From contig CAWDXE010000004.1 in the NCBI GenBank assembly GCA_963806185.1, forward strand, positions 32,001-96,000: a stretch of DNA of 64,000 bases. Reading direction: 5' to 3'. Position 1 is the stretch's first letter, and each line of letters opens with the position of its first letter. Below the pieces are notes generated by a model that was not told the DNA's origin, made no database searches, and saw only the letters and a program-made list of their open reading frames with translations. Positions 28,939-38,345 of this stretch are shown here, in pieces. Both the position numbers and the translations under genes were made by a program. The DNA is from an uncultured candidate division Zixibacteria bacterium (lineage in GTDB: Bacteria > Zixibacteria > MSB-5A5 > GN15 > FEB-12).

Positions 28939-29289
28939 TTAGAGTCGATTCTCATCAATCGGACCTGACACTATGTCATACCCTTTGTCGACCCAGGCGA
29001 TTATACCACCGGCGACATTGAACGCGTTGACATACCCAAGACTGCGCAGAAACAGAGTGGCAAGATCACTTCGCCGTCCGCTACGGCAGAAGCAGTAGAT
29101 GGGAACCTGCTTGTGGGTCGGCAGCCTATCGAGATGCAAGTTGATGAGATCGTAGGGGAGAAGGGCGTCGGAAAACGCCAGTCGACCGGCCACGTATTCC
29201 GGCAACGTGCGAACATCCAGGAGGAAGAAGTCGTGATTCCGCGCCGCCCGTTCGCGCAATTCGGCCACGGTTATCGCCGGCGCATTCAT
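28939..29289 (-). CDS. Rhodanese-like domain protein
   Basis: LLDVRTLPEY, CRSGRRS active loop, GGIIAW. Confidence 0.88.
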   Translation of the reverse strand: MNAPAITVAELRERAARNHDFFLLDVRTLPEYVAGRLAFSDALLPYDLINLHLDRLPTHKQVPIYCFCRSGRRSDLATLFLRSLGYVNAFNVAGGIIAWVDKGYDIVSGPIDENRL

Positions 29290-29352
29290 GATGTGGAATC
29301 TCCTCCCCGAAACTTCAGACCGCCCCCATGTGAATCATCGCAGAACCGACCG

Positions 29353-29811
29353 TCACTGCACCGTCTTGAAACTGTAGACTCGCCACTTGTCGTTGACCCG
29401 GTGCAGCCCGAAAAGCGTCCGGTACCCCTTTGACGCCTTCTTGTCGACAAAGGTCACTTCCACTGTCGCCGTTTCGCCCAGTACTTCGGATTTGTTGACT
29501 ATCCGCTGCATGGCGAACCAACGCTGTTTGGTCAATCCTTCGCCCGTCAAGTCATCGAGCACCTGCTGCGGATTGGTGAAAGTCCTCGGCTGATCCGTGG
29601 TGAGCGCGTAGTCCTGGTTCGTGTTTTTCATTAATTCGGCCAGGTCCAGCAGATGCGCCAACGACGCCTTGTCGTCCTTTTCCATCGCTCCGAAAACTGC
29701 GATCACGACTTCCTTCGGGTCCGATGAATCGGACCCCTTACCGGCGCACGAAGCCAGCGACAGGATCGCACCCGCAGCCCAGATGGCCCAAACCAAACGC
29801 AGCTTCTTCAT
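29353..29811 (-). CDS. Hypothetical lipoprotein (NTF2-like/DUF4878-like)
   Basis: Lipobox LASC; GETATVEV...DKWRV C-terminus. Confidence 0.65.
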   Translation of the reverse strand: MKKLRLVWAIWAAGAILSLASCAGKGSDSSDPKEVVIAVFGAMEKDDKASLAHLLDLAELMKNTNQDYALTTDQPRTFTNPQQVLDDLTGEGLTKQRWFAMQRIVNKSEVLGETATVEVTFVDKKASKGYRTLFGLHRVNDKWRVYSFKTVQ

Positions 29812-29813
29812 AG

Positions 29814-30773
29814 CTAGAATCCCCCGCTCAGGGTTATGCGATGACTCGTGCCCAGATCGGCTCCGGGCGCGACCGCGTATGCCAGTTCATACTTCCCAAA
29901 TTCAAAACCGACACCGGCAGAAAATCCGGCCCAGGTATCACTCTTGCCGACCGCCTCATAGTTGCTGCCGAAACTGTTCCACCCGAGGCGTATGTATAGC
30001 GGCCGCGTGCGATAGAATTCCGTTCCCACCGCAAACACCGGATCATTGTCGAATGGCAATATACCATCGATCGAAAACTGACACGGCAATTCTCTCGGGC
30101 GAATCCCCACTCCCGCGCGCAGGGTGGTCGGCAATCCATCCTTCTCCTCGCCCAGGCCTGATAGTTGCGCCCCCAGATTCAACAAGGAAATGCCGGCCCG
30201 ATACCGCTCCCGGTCACTGGCATATTTTGCGCCCAGGTCAACGGCGACTCCGGTGGCGGAATACTCTTCTATCTTCTCATATATGATCTTGGCACTCCCG
30301 CCGAACGAGAAATTCACATGGTACTTCATGGCAAAACTGCCCGACAACACCAGTGATCCACCGCCAAACGTACCGTTCTCCACACCCTCCAGGTCAGTGC
30401 GCACGAATTCACCATAGTTCAGATAGCTGATCGATCCGCCAATCGACCGATTTTCGTCCAGGGGATGGATCACGCCGATAAAACCCGACTGCAAATCCTC
30501 AAAGTAATTATGATACCCCAGTATGAACCGGTCGGCTAAAAGGTCGCGTTCTTCCGACCAGGAGACAATCCCGGCCGGATTGTAATAGAGTGACGATGCG
30601 TCATCCGCCAGACCGGTGAAGGCCCCGCCCATACTGACAGGCCGCGCCGCCGCATCAACCTTCAAGAACGAAAACGAGCTCGTCCCTGCGTCTTTCCCTC
30701 CGGCCAACAGGGGAAGAGGCAGAACTGCCAGGCAGGCCGAGATCAGGAGTTGGCGTATTTTGTTGTGGTGCAT
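29814..30773 (-). CDS. PorV/PorQ (UPF0164) family outer-membrane barrel
   Basis: FLKVDAAARPVSMGGAFTGLADDASSLYYNPAG; ends in F; GAGGAG RBS favours MHHNK as the start. Confidence 0.85.
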   Translation of the reverse strand: MHHNKIRQLLISACLAVLPLPLLAGGKDAGTSSFSFLKVDAAARPVSMGGAFTGLADDASSLYYNPAGIVSWSEERDLLADRFILGYHNYFEDLQSGFIGVIHPLDENRSIGGSISYLNYGEFVRTDLEGVENGTFGGGSLVLSGSFAMKYHVNFSFGGSAKIIYEKIEEYSATGVAVDLGAKYASDRERYRAGISLLNLGAQLSGLGEEKDGLPTTLRAGVGIRPRELPCQFSIDGILPFDNDPVFAVGTEFYRTRPLYIRLGWNSFGSNYEAVGKSDTWAGFSAGVGFEFGKYELAYAVAPGADLGTSHRITLSGGF

Positions 30774-30788
30774 GGTCATTCTCCTCGA

Positions 30789-30817
30789 AGTATATCCGCC
30801 TCGTCAAACGGTGTCAA
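30789..30817 (-). promoter_or_regulatory. Near-consensus sigma70 promoter for the PorV-family gene
   Basis: TTGACA-17 nt-TATACT. Confidence 0.75.
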
Positions 30818-30829
30818 TTACAATCCGGC

Positions 30830-31318
30830 TCACCACGAACGGGTCGTCCGGCTCAGAATCGTCTGTACCAGCGCTTGCGCCGCTCGCTCCTGACCCACCT
30901 CTTCAGTTTCATCATTGGCACTGAAGATCCCCTCTTGCGTGACGCTTTCCTTCCAGATCTCGGCTTGGTCCTTCGTGCTCTTGAGCGCCAGATCGAACCC
31001 GACCATCACCTTGTACGAGCTGACCTGATCGTTCTCGTCAAACTGGTACGGCACCCGCTCGTACCGCGCCAGCGTCGCCACCAGCAGTACGTCCGCTAAG
31101 TCCGCACTCACCACCTTGAATGTCCCATCCGCGATAAAAGCATCAGTCACGATATTGGTCAATCGATCGGCCAACCCATATTCCGGCGTCGTGTTATTGA
31201 ACGGCTCGATGGCAATGCTCTTATAATCCGACTTGCCGCGAGGGTTCAGCGTATAGACGCCGCACCCGGTCATGGTGAGGATGAGTAAAAGAGTACAAAC
31301 GGCTGCGAGCCTGGTCAT
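30830..31318 (-). CDS. lptE: LptE-family LPS assembly lipoprotein
   Basis: Lipobox MTGC-G-x-Y; SIAIEPFNNTT; ~160 aa ending in W. Confidence 0.75.
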   Translation of the reverse strand: MTRLAAVCTLLLILTMTGCGVYTLNPRGKSDYKSIAIEPFNNTTPEYGLADRLTNIVTDAFIADGTFKVVSADLADVLLVATLARYERVPYQFDENDQVSSYKVMVGFDLALKSTKDQAEIWKESVTQEGIFSANDETEEVGQERAAQALVQTILSRTTRSW

Positions 31319-31321
31319 ATG

Positions 31322-32590
31322 CTACTGGTCGATGACAACTTTGCCGCGCTTGATGACTTTGCGGACCAGATTGACGCCGTAATGATACGGCAATTCTCGA
31401 TAATCCTGCATATCCCAAAGAACCATGTCGGCCTGCTTGCCGGCCGTCAACTGCCCGATTCGCGCTGCCCGATCAATTGCCACGGCCGCGTTGACCGTCA
31501 CGGCCGAAATCGCCTCCGCCGCCGTCATCTTCAACTGCAGGGCCGCGAGCGTGACAATCATTGACAGCGACTCCGTGCAGCTCGATCCCGGATTGCAGTC
31601 AGTCGACAGCGCCACCGTTACTCCGGACTCTATCATCTGGCGCGCCGGGGCGTAATGCTTACCCCCGAGCGAGAAAGTCGTTCCCGGCAGAAGTACGGCC
31701 ACCGTGCCCGACTTCGCTAGTGCACTTATGCCCTCGTCCGAGATATGCATCAAATGATCGGCCGAGATCGCCCCCATCGAGGCCGCCAATTCCGCCCCGC
31801 CCGATCCCGCCAGTTCGTCGGCATGGAACTTCAGTTTCAGTCCGGCGCCCTTTGCGGCCGATTGAATTCGCGTGGACTCGTCATTCGAAAAGACCCCTTC
31901 CTCGCAAAACACGTCGGAAAACTCAGCCAGTTTGTTCTTCGCGACCTGCGGGATCATTTCATTAACCAACAAATCGATATATGCCGTCCGGTTGGATCGG
32001 TACTCGTCCGGCACTTCATGCGCGCCCAGAAAGGTCGGCACTATTTCGATCGGGTGGTGATATCCGATCTCTCGGATCACTTCCAGTTGTCTCAGTTCCG
32101 ATTCGGTCGAAAGGCCATACCCCGACTTGGCTTCAATGGTCGTCGTTCCATGCGCCAGAAGGCGGTCCATCCGATGGAGCGCTTTTGCCATTAATTGCTC
32201 CGCAGTCAACGCACGAAGGTCGCGCACTGATGCCCGTATGCCGCCTCCCGCCTGGGCAATCTCCATATACGTCTTGCCCTGCAGGCGCATTTCGAACTCT
32301 TTTTCACGGGTCATCCCGAATACCGGGTGTGTGTGCGGATCGATAAATCCGGGCGTCACTACCGCGCCACCGGCGTCGATGACCGTGCAACCGTGGGCCA
32401 GGGCCGTCTTTCCCGCGATATCGTCCGACGTTCCCACCGCCAGCACGTCTTCACCGGCGACGGCCACGCCACCGTTTTCGATGAGACCGAGATCGCTCAT
32501 CTCGTGCCCCAGCCGAGGAATAGTTCCCGCCATCGTGACGAGTTGACCGATGTTCTTGATTATCAGTGTCGCTTTTTTGGCCGGTGACAT
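31322..32590 (-). CDS. hutI: Imidazolonepropionase
   Basis: PGFIDPHTH, GTTTIEAKSGYGL, TFLGAH, DVFCE, HADEL, SADHL, TDCNPGS. Confidence 0.97.
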   Translation of the reverse strand: MSPAKKATLIIKNIGQLVTMAGTIPRLGHEMSDLGLIENGGVAVAGEDVLAVGTSDDIAGKTALAHGCTVIDAGGAVVTPGFIDPHTHPVFGMTREKEFEMRLQGKTYMEIAQAGGGIRASVRDLRALTAEQLMAKALHRMDRLLAHGTTTIEAKSGYGLSTESELRQLEVIREIGYHHPIEIVPTFLGAHEVPDEYRSNRTAYIDLLVNEMIPQVAKNKLAEFSDVFCEEGVFSNDESTRIQSAAKGAGLKLKFHADELAGSGGAELAASMGAISADHLMHISDEGISALAKSGTVAVLLPGTTFSLGGKHYAPARQMIESGVTVALSTDCNPGSSCTESLSMIVTLAALQLKMTAAEAISAVTVNAAVAIDRAARIGQLTAGKQADMVLWDMQDYRELPYHYGVNLVRKVIKRGKVVIDQ

Positions 32591-32614
32591 ATCGTGTAGA
32601 ATTCTTTGAAAGGG

Positions 32615-34324
32615 CTATACCGTCGTTGGAGTCAACTTCTTTCCCTTGACTCCTTCCTTGCGCGTGGGCGCCTTCTTCAGCATCGGAATGTCAACATCAT
32701 GCTTGCGCGCGCAATTGATCGCATCCGGATACCCGGCGTCGACGTGGCGCATAATCCCCGTTCCCGGATCGTTCGTCAGCACCCGGTTCAGTCGTTCCGC
32801 CATCTCTTTCGATCCGTCGGCCAGAATCACCATTCCCGCATGAATTGAATTGCCGATCCCAACGCCGCCGCCGTGGTGAATGGACACCCAACTCGCACCC
32901 GAGACAGCGTTTAACATCCCGTTGAGCAGAGGCCAGTCGGCAATTGCATCTGATCCGTCAATCATTCCCTCGGTCTCCCGGTTGGGCGAAGCGACCGACC
33001 CACAGTCAAGGTGATCGCGCCCGATCACCATCGGCCCGCTGATCTTCCCCTTCTTGATGTAGGTATTGATGATATCGCCGAATTTCGCCCGCTCGCCATA
33101 GCCGAGCCAGCAGACCCGGGAGGGAAGACCCTGGAACGGCACCTTCTCGTGCGCCTTCTTAATCCAGCGCACCAACCCGCTGTTATAGGCAAATTCCTTA
33201 AGGATGATGTCGTCCGTCACATGGATATCAGCCGGATCCCCCGACAGTGCCGCCCACCGGAACGGTCCGCGCCCTTCGCAAAACAGCGGCCGAATATACT
33301 CCGGCACGAAGCCGGGGAAGGCGAATGCGTTGCGCAAGCCGCCGATTTCCGCCTGCCCGCGCAGGTTATTCCCGTAATCGAATACGATCGATCCCGCCTT
33401 GTGAAATTTGATCATCGCGTCGCAATGCTTGACCATCGACTCATACGCTCGCGTCATGTACGCTTTTGGATCACGCTTGCGCAGGTCCGCCGCCTCTTGA
33501 ACCGTCAGCCCCTCGGGGATATATCCGTTTAATTCATCGTGTGCTGAAGTCTGATCGGTCACGATATCCGGTATGATTCCTCTCCGGAAAATCTCCGGGA
33601 AAATATCCGCCGCATTCCCCACCAGCCCGATCGAAATCGGCGTTCCCAACTTGGACTGTTCCTTGATGAGCTTGAGCGCTTTGTCGAGCTGCTTCACTTT
33701 GACGTCGCAGTAACCGATCTTGAGCCGGCGATCGATGCGCGCCTCGTCCACTTCAACACACAGCACCGACGCTCCCGCCATCGTCCCGGCCAATGGCTGG
33801 GCGCCACCCATGCCGCCCATGCCGCCGGTCAGTATCCACCGTCCGGCCAGATCGCCGCCAAAGTGCTTGTCGCCGACCGCCGCAAACGTCTCGTATGTCC
33901 CCTGAATGATCCCCTGCGTGCCGATATATATCCAACTCCCCGCCGTCATTTGACCGTACATGATCAAGCCCAGTTTCTCGAGCTGGCGGAATTTTTCCCA
34001 CGTCGCCCAGCGGGGGACAAGATGAGAATTGGCGATGAGTACACGAGGTGAATGTTCGTGAGTGCGAAAGATTCCGACCGGTTTGCCCGACTGAATCAAC
34101 AACGTTTCGTCGTTTTTCAGGGACTTCAGCGACTTGACAATCGCCTCGTAGCACTCCCAGTTGCGGGCAGCTTTGCCCGAGCCGCCGTAGACAATCAGTT
34201 CTTTCGGTTTCTCGGCGACTTCGGCGTCTAAGTTATTGTTGAGCATGCGCAAAGCGGCTTCCTGATGCCACCCCTGGCATGACAATTTGAGCCCCCGTGC
34301 GGCGCTGACGGCTAACGGTTTCAT
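32615..34324 (-). CDS. hutU: Urocanate hydratase
   Basis: [57 protein letters not shown]. Confidence 0.98.
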   Translation of the reverse strand: MKPLAVSAARGLKLSCQGWHQEAALRMLNNNLDAEVAEKPKELIVYGGSGKAARNWECYEAIVKSLKSLKNDETLLIQSGKPVGIFRTHEHSPRVLIANSHLVPRWATWEKFRQLEKLGLIMYGQMTAGSWIYIGTQGIIQGTYETFAAVGDKHFGGDLAGRWILTGGMGGMGGAQPLAGTMAGASVLCVEVDEARIDRRLKIGYCDVKVKQLDKALKLIKEQSKLGTPISIGLVGNAADIFPEIFRRGIIPDIVTDQTSAHDELNGYIPEGLTVQEAADLRKRDPKAYMTRAYESMVKHCDAMIKFHKAGSIVFDYGNNLRGQAEIGGLRNAFAFPGFVPEYIRPLFCEGRGPFRWAALSGDPADIHVTDDIILKEFAYNSGLVRWIKKAHEKVPFQGLPSRVCWLGYGERAKFGDIINTYIKKGKISGPMVIGRDHLDCGSVASPNRETEGMIDGSDAIADWPLLNGMLNAVSGASWVSIHHGGGVGIGNSIHAGMVILADGSKEMAERLNRVLTNDPGTGIMRHVDAGYPDAINCARKHDVDIPMLKKAPTRKEGVKGKKLTPTTV

Positions 34325-34348
34325 CGCAACTCCTTATAGCTGAAGCCG

Positions 34349-34377
34349 AATATACCCGCCCGCCAAGCGTTAGTCAA
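34349..34377 (-). promoter_or_regulatory. Sigma70 promoter of hutU-hutI-lptE
   Basis: TTGACT-17 nt-TATATT, then AAGGAG RBS. Confidence 0.7.
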
Positions 34378-34494
34378 ACAATGACTTTGGGAGGGGATTT
34401 CGAGGCGCTGAAATGATCCGGCACGCCATTTTTGAGAGAGTTGAATCGCGTGATCACCGTCGCCACGCCCGAAAACGTCAGTCTTGTGCAGGTT

Positions 34495-34574
34495 GCGTCA
34501 GGTCCTGCGACGCTTCTTAGCGGTGTGTGACCTGACGCCGCAGACAAGTAGGTCAGGCTCCCCGCGAGCCTGAC
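34495..34574. repeat. Pair of REP-like palindromes
   Basis: GCGTCAGGTC...GACCTGACGC (34495-34538) and GTAG-GTCAGGCTC-cccgc-GAGCCTGAC (34548-34574). Confidence 0.65.
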
Positions 34575-34589
34575 AGCAAGTTCGCCCGC

Positions 34590-35600
34590 CTACTCACCCG
34601 CAATATACTCTTTCAACCAGAGCCGTTCAGAATACTGATGCGTAGGAGCAAGCGGCGAATCGTCTCCATACTGCATAAACACAAACCCGATACCCGGTTT
34701 CAGAATCTGCCATTCTCTCCACCAGGGCGAATCGGCCCGATATTCATACAGGCCGGTAAAGGTGCCCGCCTCGGTCACGACTGATGTGTCGATCGCCTTG
34801 ACCGATCGCTCAAACATCAGGTCGCCTTCGAATAATGCCCGGTATACAATGGAATCCGCGCCGGGGCGGATCAACTCCATCGATTCAAACCCCTGCGGCC
34901 AGCCGATCTCGCCGACCAACTCGGTCGCCTGCCGACTGAACATCGAGTCGCCCCGCGCCATGACATCGTAGTTGAACGGCCGGAACCAGCGGGCAAAGCG
35001 ACCCCAGTGACCGAATGCGTCGAAGTATTCGCCGACAATTTCCACCGTATCGAGTCTTACCGCGATGGATATGCCGTCCCGAAACAGGGTATCATAGTAG
35101 ATCCAGCGATCTCCCGTCGCACTGGGGAAAAAGCCCACGTCGTCATGGTATGGAGTCGTCGCGCGGGAAATTCGTATTTTCGCCACCAACTCGGAATCGG
35201 GTGGTGCAACCAGAATCGACGCCGGCAGGGGGCTGAACTGCAGTATCTGGAATTGATAATCGCCGATTGTCGCCGGCTTGCCGTAGAAGCGGATCCCGCC
35301 GCTGTCGGTGATTTCTCCCGAAATGGTCAAATGTAAATTTCGCCGGTCGGGTTCAATAGCGACGTTTATCTCGGCCGTGTTGTGCCAGAACGACGCTGTC
35401 TCGCCGTGGGGCAAACGACGGTCGTACAAAAGACTGTCCATTGTCAAGGTGATGCTAGTCCCCGGCACCTGCACCTTTTCACCAATCGTGAGAGTGATCG
35501 TGGTATCGACAAACGGCGTGGATGTTAGCAACGGAGCCGTAGTTTCTTCACAAGAGACAAGAAACAGACTCATAATCAGGATAAGAATGAAGCGTGACAT
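34590..35600 (-). CDS. Hypothetical lipoprotein
   Basis: GGAGG RBS; lipobox LVSC; C-terminal FFPxxxGDRWIY...TEAGTF...PGIGFV beta-rich domain. Confidence 0.7.
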   Translation of the reverse strand: MSRFILILIMSLFLVSCEETTAPLLTSTPFVDTTITLTIGEKVQVPGTSITLTMDSLLYDRRLPHGETASFWHNTAEINVAIEPDRRNLHLTISGEITDSGGIRFYGKPATIGDYQFQILQFSPLPASILVAPPDSELVAKIRISRATTPYHDDVGFFPSATGDRWIYYDTLFRDGISIAVRLDTVEIVGEYFDAFGHWGRFARWFRPFNYDVMARGDSMFSRQATELVGEIGWPQGFESMELIRPGADSIVYRALFEGDLMFERSVKAIDTSVVTEAGTFTGLYEYRADSPWWREWQILKPGIGFVFMQYGDDSPLAPTHQYSERLWLKEYIAGE

Positions 35601-35683
35601 GTGGAGACCTCCGAATATCCATAATCTACTTCCGGGTTTCGGATCATGCAACACCGAAGAAACTCCCACCCCGGCCCCGGATG

Positions 35684-35893
35684 GTAGGTCAGGCTCACTG
35701 CGAGGCGGGCAATTCGTACGAACGAGACGAGTGACTCGACACTCTGACTGTGTTAGACCACCCGATCTTCGTAGGGTCCAAGCCTGATCCATTGATTAAG
35801 CCTGGCCCCGGCATAATACCGTCAGACTGTAACGAATGTCCTGACACAACTTGTAACGGAAGTAATGATACTCTACAGCCCTGAGAGCCTGAC
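35684..35893. repeat. REP-like element interrupted by a 180-bp insert
   Basis: GTAG-GTCAGGCTC-actgc-GAG [35705-35884] GAGCCTGAC; same arms as the 34548 copy. Confidence 0.55.
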
Positions 35894-35900
35894 AATGGGT

Positions 35901-36455
35901 TCAATCCAGCTTCACCGCTACCCGCTTCGACTGTCCGCAATACTCCGCCTTCAGGAAATAATTCCCCGCGGCCAGCCGAGAGGACCGGCTCGACGGTGAC
36001 AAGGTCAGCTTGTAATACCCTGGCGACAACTCGCTGTTGAAAAGGTGCATCAACAGTGTCCCCCGGTTATCCGTCAGATTTATCTTCGCCGGACAATTGG
36101 TCGAGGTTACTCGAAATGAGATCGACGGTGTCTGATAGGTACTGCGTTCTTTTAGCGACACTTCAATGGAGTCGATCCGATCCGCCGCAATCAACTGCAT
36201 GAGTGTATCCGCCGCCACGATCCTTGGATCTACCCAGACCAGTTCGTACACGCCGGCAGGGCGCTGAGGCAACTGCCGCGGTGGCTGTTCCGGTTCTACA
36301 GGCTGCTTTGGCTGCGTCTGAGGCTCAAACACGACGGCGACCGGTTCTGACGGTGCGGCCGGCTCTTCTTTTGGTTTCGGAGGTCCGCCGCACGAAACAA
36401 GGACAGCGACAGTCGCAATTACCGGTATGCAAATACTGAATTTTCGAATGTTCAT
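35901..36455 (-). CDS. Lipoprotein with Pro-rich linker and C-terminal T9SS-CTD/FlgD-Ig-like domain
   Basis: Lipobox LVSC; P/E/Q-rich linker; ISFRV...INLTDNRG...PGYY...LAAGNYFLK...KRVAVK. Confidence 0.65.
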   Translation of the reverse strand: MNIRKFSICIPVIATVAVLVSCGGPPKPKEEPAAPSEPVAVVFEPQTQPKQPVEPEQPPRQLPQRPAGVYELVWVDPRIVAADTLMQLIAADRIDSIEVSLKERSTYQTPSISFRVTSTNCPAKINLTDNRGTLLMHLFNSELSPGYYKLTLSPSSRSSRLAAGNYFLKAEYCGQSKRVAVKLD

Positions 36456-36461
36456 ACGCCA

Positions 36462-36490
36462 ATTATACCCTCAGCCCACGCGCCGGACAA
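36462..36490 (-). promoter_or_regulatory. Sigma70 promoter abutting the start codon (candidate leaderless mRNA)
   Basis: TTGTCC-17 nt-TATAAT-6 nt-ATG; no SD sequence. Confidence 0.6.
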
Positions 36491-36503
36491 GATCCCCCGA
36501 TAG

Positions 36504-36540
36504 AAAAAGTCAGGATTCCGGACCAACCGGAATCCTGATT
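36504..36540 (-). terminator. Intrinsic terminator of the ABC exporter operon
   Basis: TCAGGATTCCGG-5 nt-CCGGAATCCTGA followed by CTTTTT on the minus strand. Confidence 0.75.
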
Positions 36541-36551
36541 ATAGAGTCAAA

Positions 36552-38345
36552 TCATCCCACTTCTTCTTCGAGCTGGTACCGCTTGTAGATACGAGCATAG
36601 TGCCCGCCTCTCGCCATCAGGTCATAATGACGGCCCGATTCGACCACTTGCCCGTTGTCCAGCACATGAATCATGTCGGCCCGCTCCAGCGTATCCGGAC
36701 GGTGCGTAATCAGCACCGCCGTCATCTCCGGCATGACTTCGTGTAGACGTTCCCACAGCGCCGCCTCGGTGCGCGAATCGAGCGCCGAGGTACAGTCGTC
36801 GAGAATCAATATCTTCGGCTTGCCAACCAAAGCGCGCGCCAGCGCCAGACGCTGCTTCTGGCCGCCGGAAATTGACATTCCCCGCGTCCCAATGGCTGTT
36901 TCCAACCCCTTGGGAAAAGTCGCTATCTCATTCTTTAGCTGCGCGACTTCAATCGCCCATTCCATCACGGAATCGGAAATCTCCTCGCGGCCGAACCGTA
37001 TATTGTTACGCACGGTATCCGAAAACAACACCGGCTCCTGCGGTACATACCCGATGTTGGCCCGGAGATCTTCCAACTTGAACTGCCGCAAATCATGACC
37101 GTCCAGTTTGATCACCCCGCCGCTGGGATCGACCAGCCGAGGGATCAGGTTCACCAGCCAGCTCTTGCCTGATCCCACCCGTCCGACCAGCGCCACCGTC
37201 TGACCCGATTCAACCTCAAAGCTGACATCACTGAGAATCCTGCGTTCTGAATTCGGAAACCCAAACGATACCTTCTCAAACGTCAGCCGCCCCTTGATCG
37301 AACCGTTGCCGCGCCGAGGCCCGGAATCAACCACCATCGGCGGCATTTTCTCCAGTTCCACCAGACGGTCAATCGATACTGCCGACTGTCGCGATTTCAC
37401 CAGAAACTGCCCGATATCGAACATGGGGAAGACCAGGTAGACGACGTAATACACAAATGCCACCAGCTTGCCCAGCGACAGCTGCGACTGAATCACCATG
37501 TACCCGCCGGCTAATAGCACGATGACGATCCCGAACTGCCAGACGTACCCGTACATTGACTCCACCACCGACATGACCTTGATCGTATCGATCTCCGCCT
37601 TGCGCCGATCCTCTGCCGCCTGCGCGAACCGCGTCTTTTGCGCCTGTTCCCGCACGTATGCCTTGATCACCCGTATCCCCGAATAGCAGGCTTCCATGAC
37701 GTCGTTAAACCGCGATATCCGCGTTTGCAGATGATCATACCGCTTGTCAAGAAGTGTCGAGCTGTTGAAAAACACTAAGATCAATATCGGCAGCGGCCCG
37801 GCCGCCCAGAGTGTCAACCACGGGTCGATCGTCAACATCATTACCACCGTGAACACGACGAATAACATTGCCTCGTAGAATCGAAAGATCCCCGAACAGG
37901 CAAACCAGGACAGCTTTTCCGCCACGTCGTCGGTCATACGGGTCACCAGATCGCCGGTCCGGAATTTCGCAAAGAAATCCGGCCCTTTGGTGGTCACATT
38001 TTCAAACGCCTGTTGGCGAAAATGCCATTCGAACCGGCAGTTCATCCAGGTCCGATGCCCCTGAACAAATGCGTACAAGACCGATGAAATCAACGCCACT
38101 AGCGCCACCGTCAGTGCCAGCGTCGCTGCCGCCGACAGTCCGTAGCCGTCGCCCAGAGCGATCAACCACCGGGCCACCACGTTTTCCGACACGGTGCCTG
38201 ACTTTACGTAGTCGACGGCAAATTCAATGAGTCGCGGTATCGTGACCTGCAACGCCGCTTGTAGCGGCGTGAACAGGATCAGGATGAGCAGTACGTAGCG
38301 ATACTGTCTATAGTATTCCCAGAACCAGATTATCTTCTCACGCAT
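36552..38345 (-). CDS. ABC exporter, fused permease/ATPase (MdlA-like half with degenerate Walker B)
   Basis: RTGDLVTR, GRVGSGKS, ISGGQKQR, LILDDCTS (catalytic E replaced by D). Confidence 0.92.
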   Translation of the reverse strand: MREKIIWFWEYYRQYRYVLLILILFTPLQAALQVTIPRLIEFAVDYVKSGTVSENVVARWLIALGDGYGLSAAATLALTVALVALISSVLYAFVQGHRTWMNCRFEWHFRQQAFENVTTKGPDFFAKFRTGDLVTRMTDDVAEKLSWFACSGIFRFYEAMLFVVFTVVMMLTIDPWLTLWAAGPLPILILVFFNSSTLLDKRYDHLQTRISRFNDVMEACYSGIRVIKAYVREQAQKTRFAQAAEDRRKAEIDTIKVMSVVESMYGYVWQFGIVIVLLAGGYMVIQSQLSLGKLVAFVYYVVYLVFPMFDIGQFLVKSRQSAVSIDRLVELEKMPPMVVDSGPRRGNGSIKGRLTFEKVSFGFPNSERRILSDVSFEVESGQTVALVGRVGSGKSWLVNLIPRLVDPSGGVIKLDGHDLRQFKLEDLRANIGYVPQEPVLFSDTVRNNIRFGREEISDSVMEWAIEVAQLKNEIATFPKGLETAIGTRGMSISGGQKQRLALARALVGKPKILILDDCTSALDSRTEAALWERLHEVMPEMTAVLITHRPDTLERADMIHVLDNGQVVESGRHYDLMARGGHYARIYKRYQLEEEVG

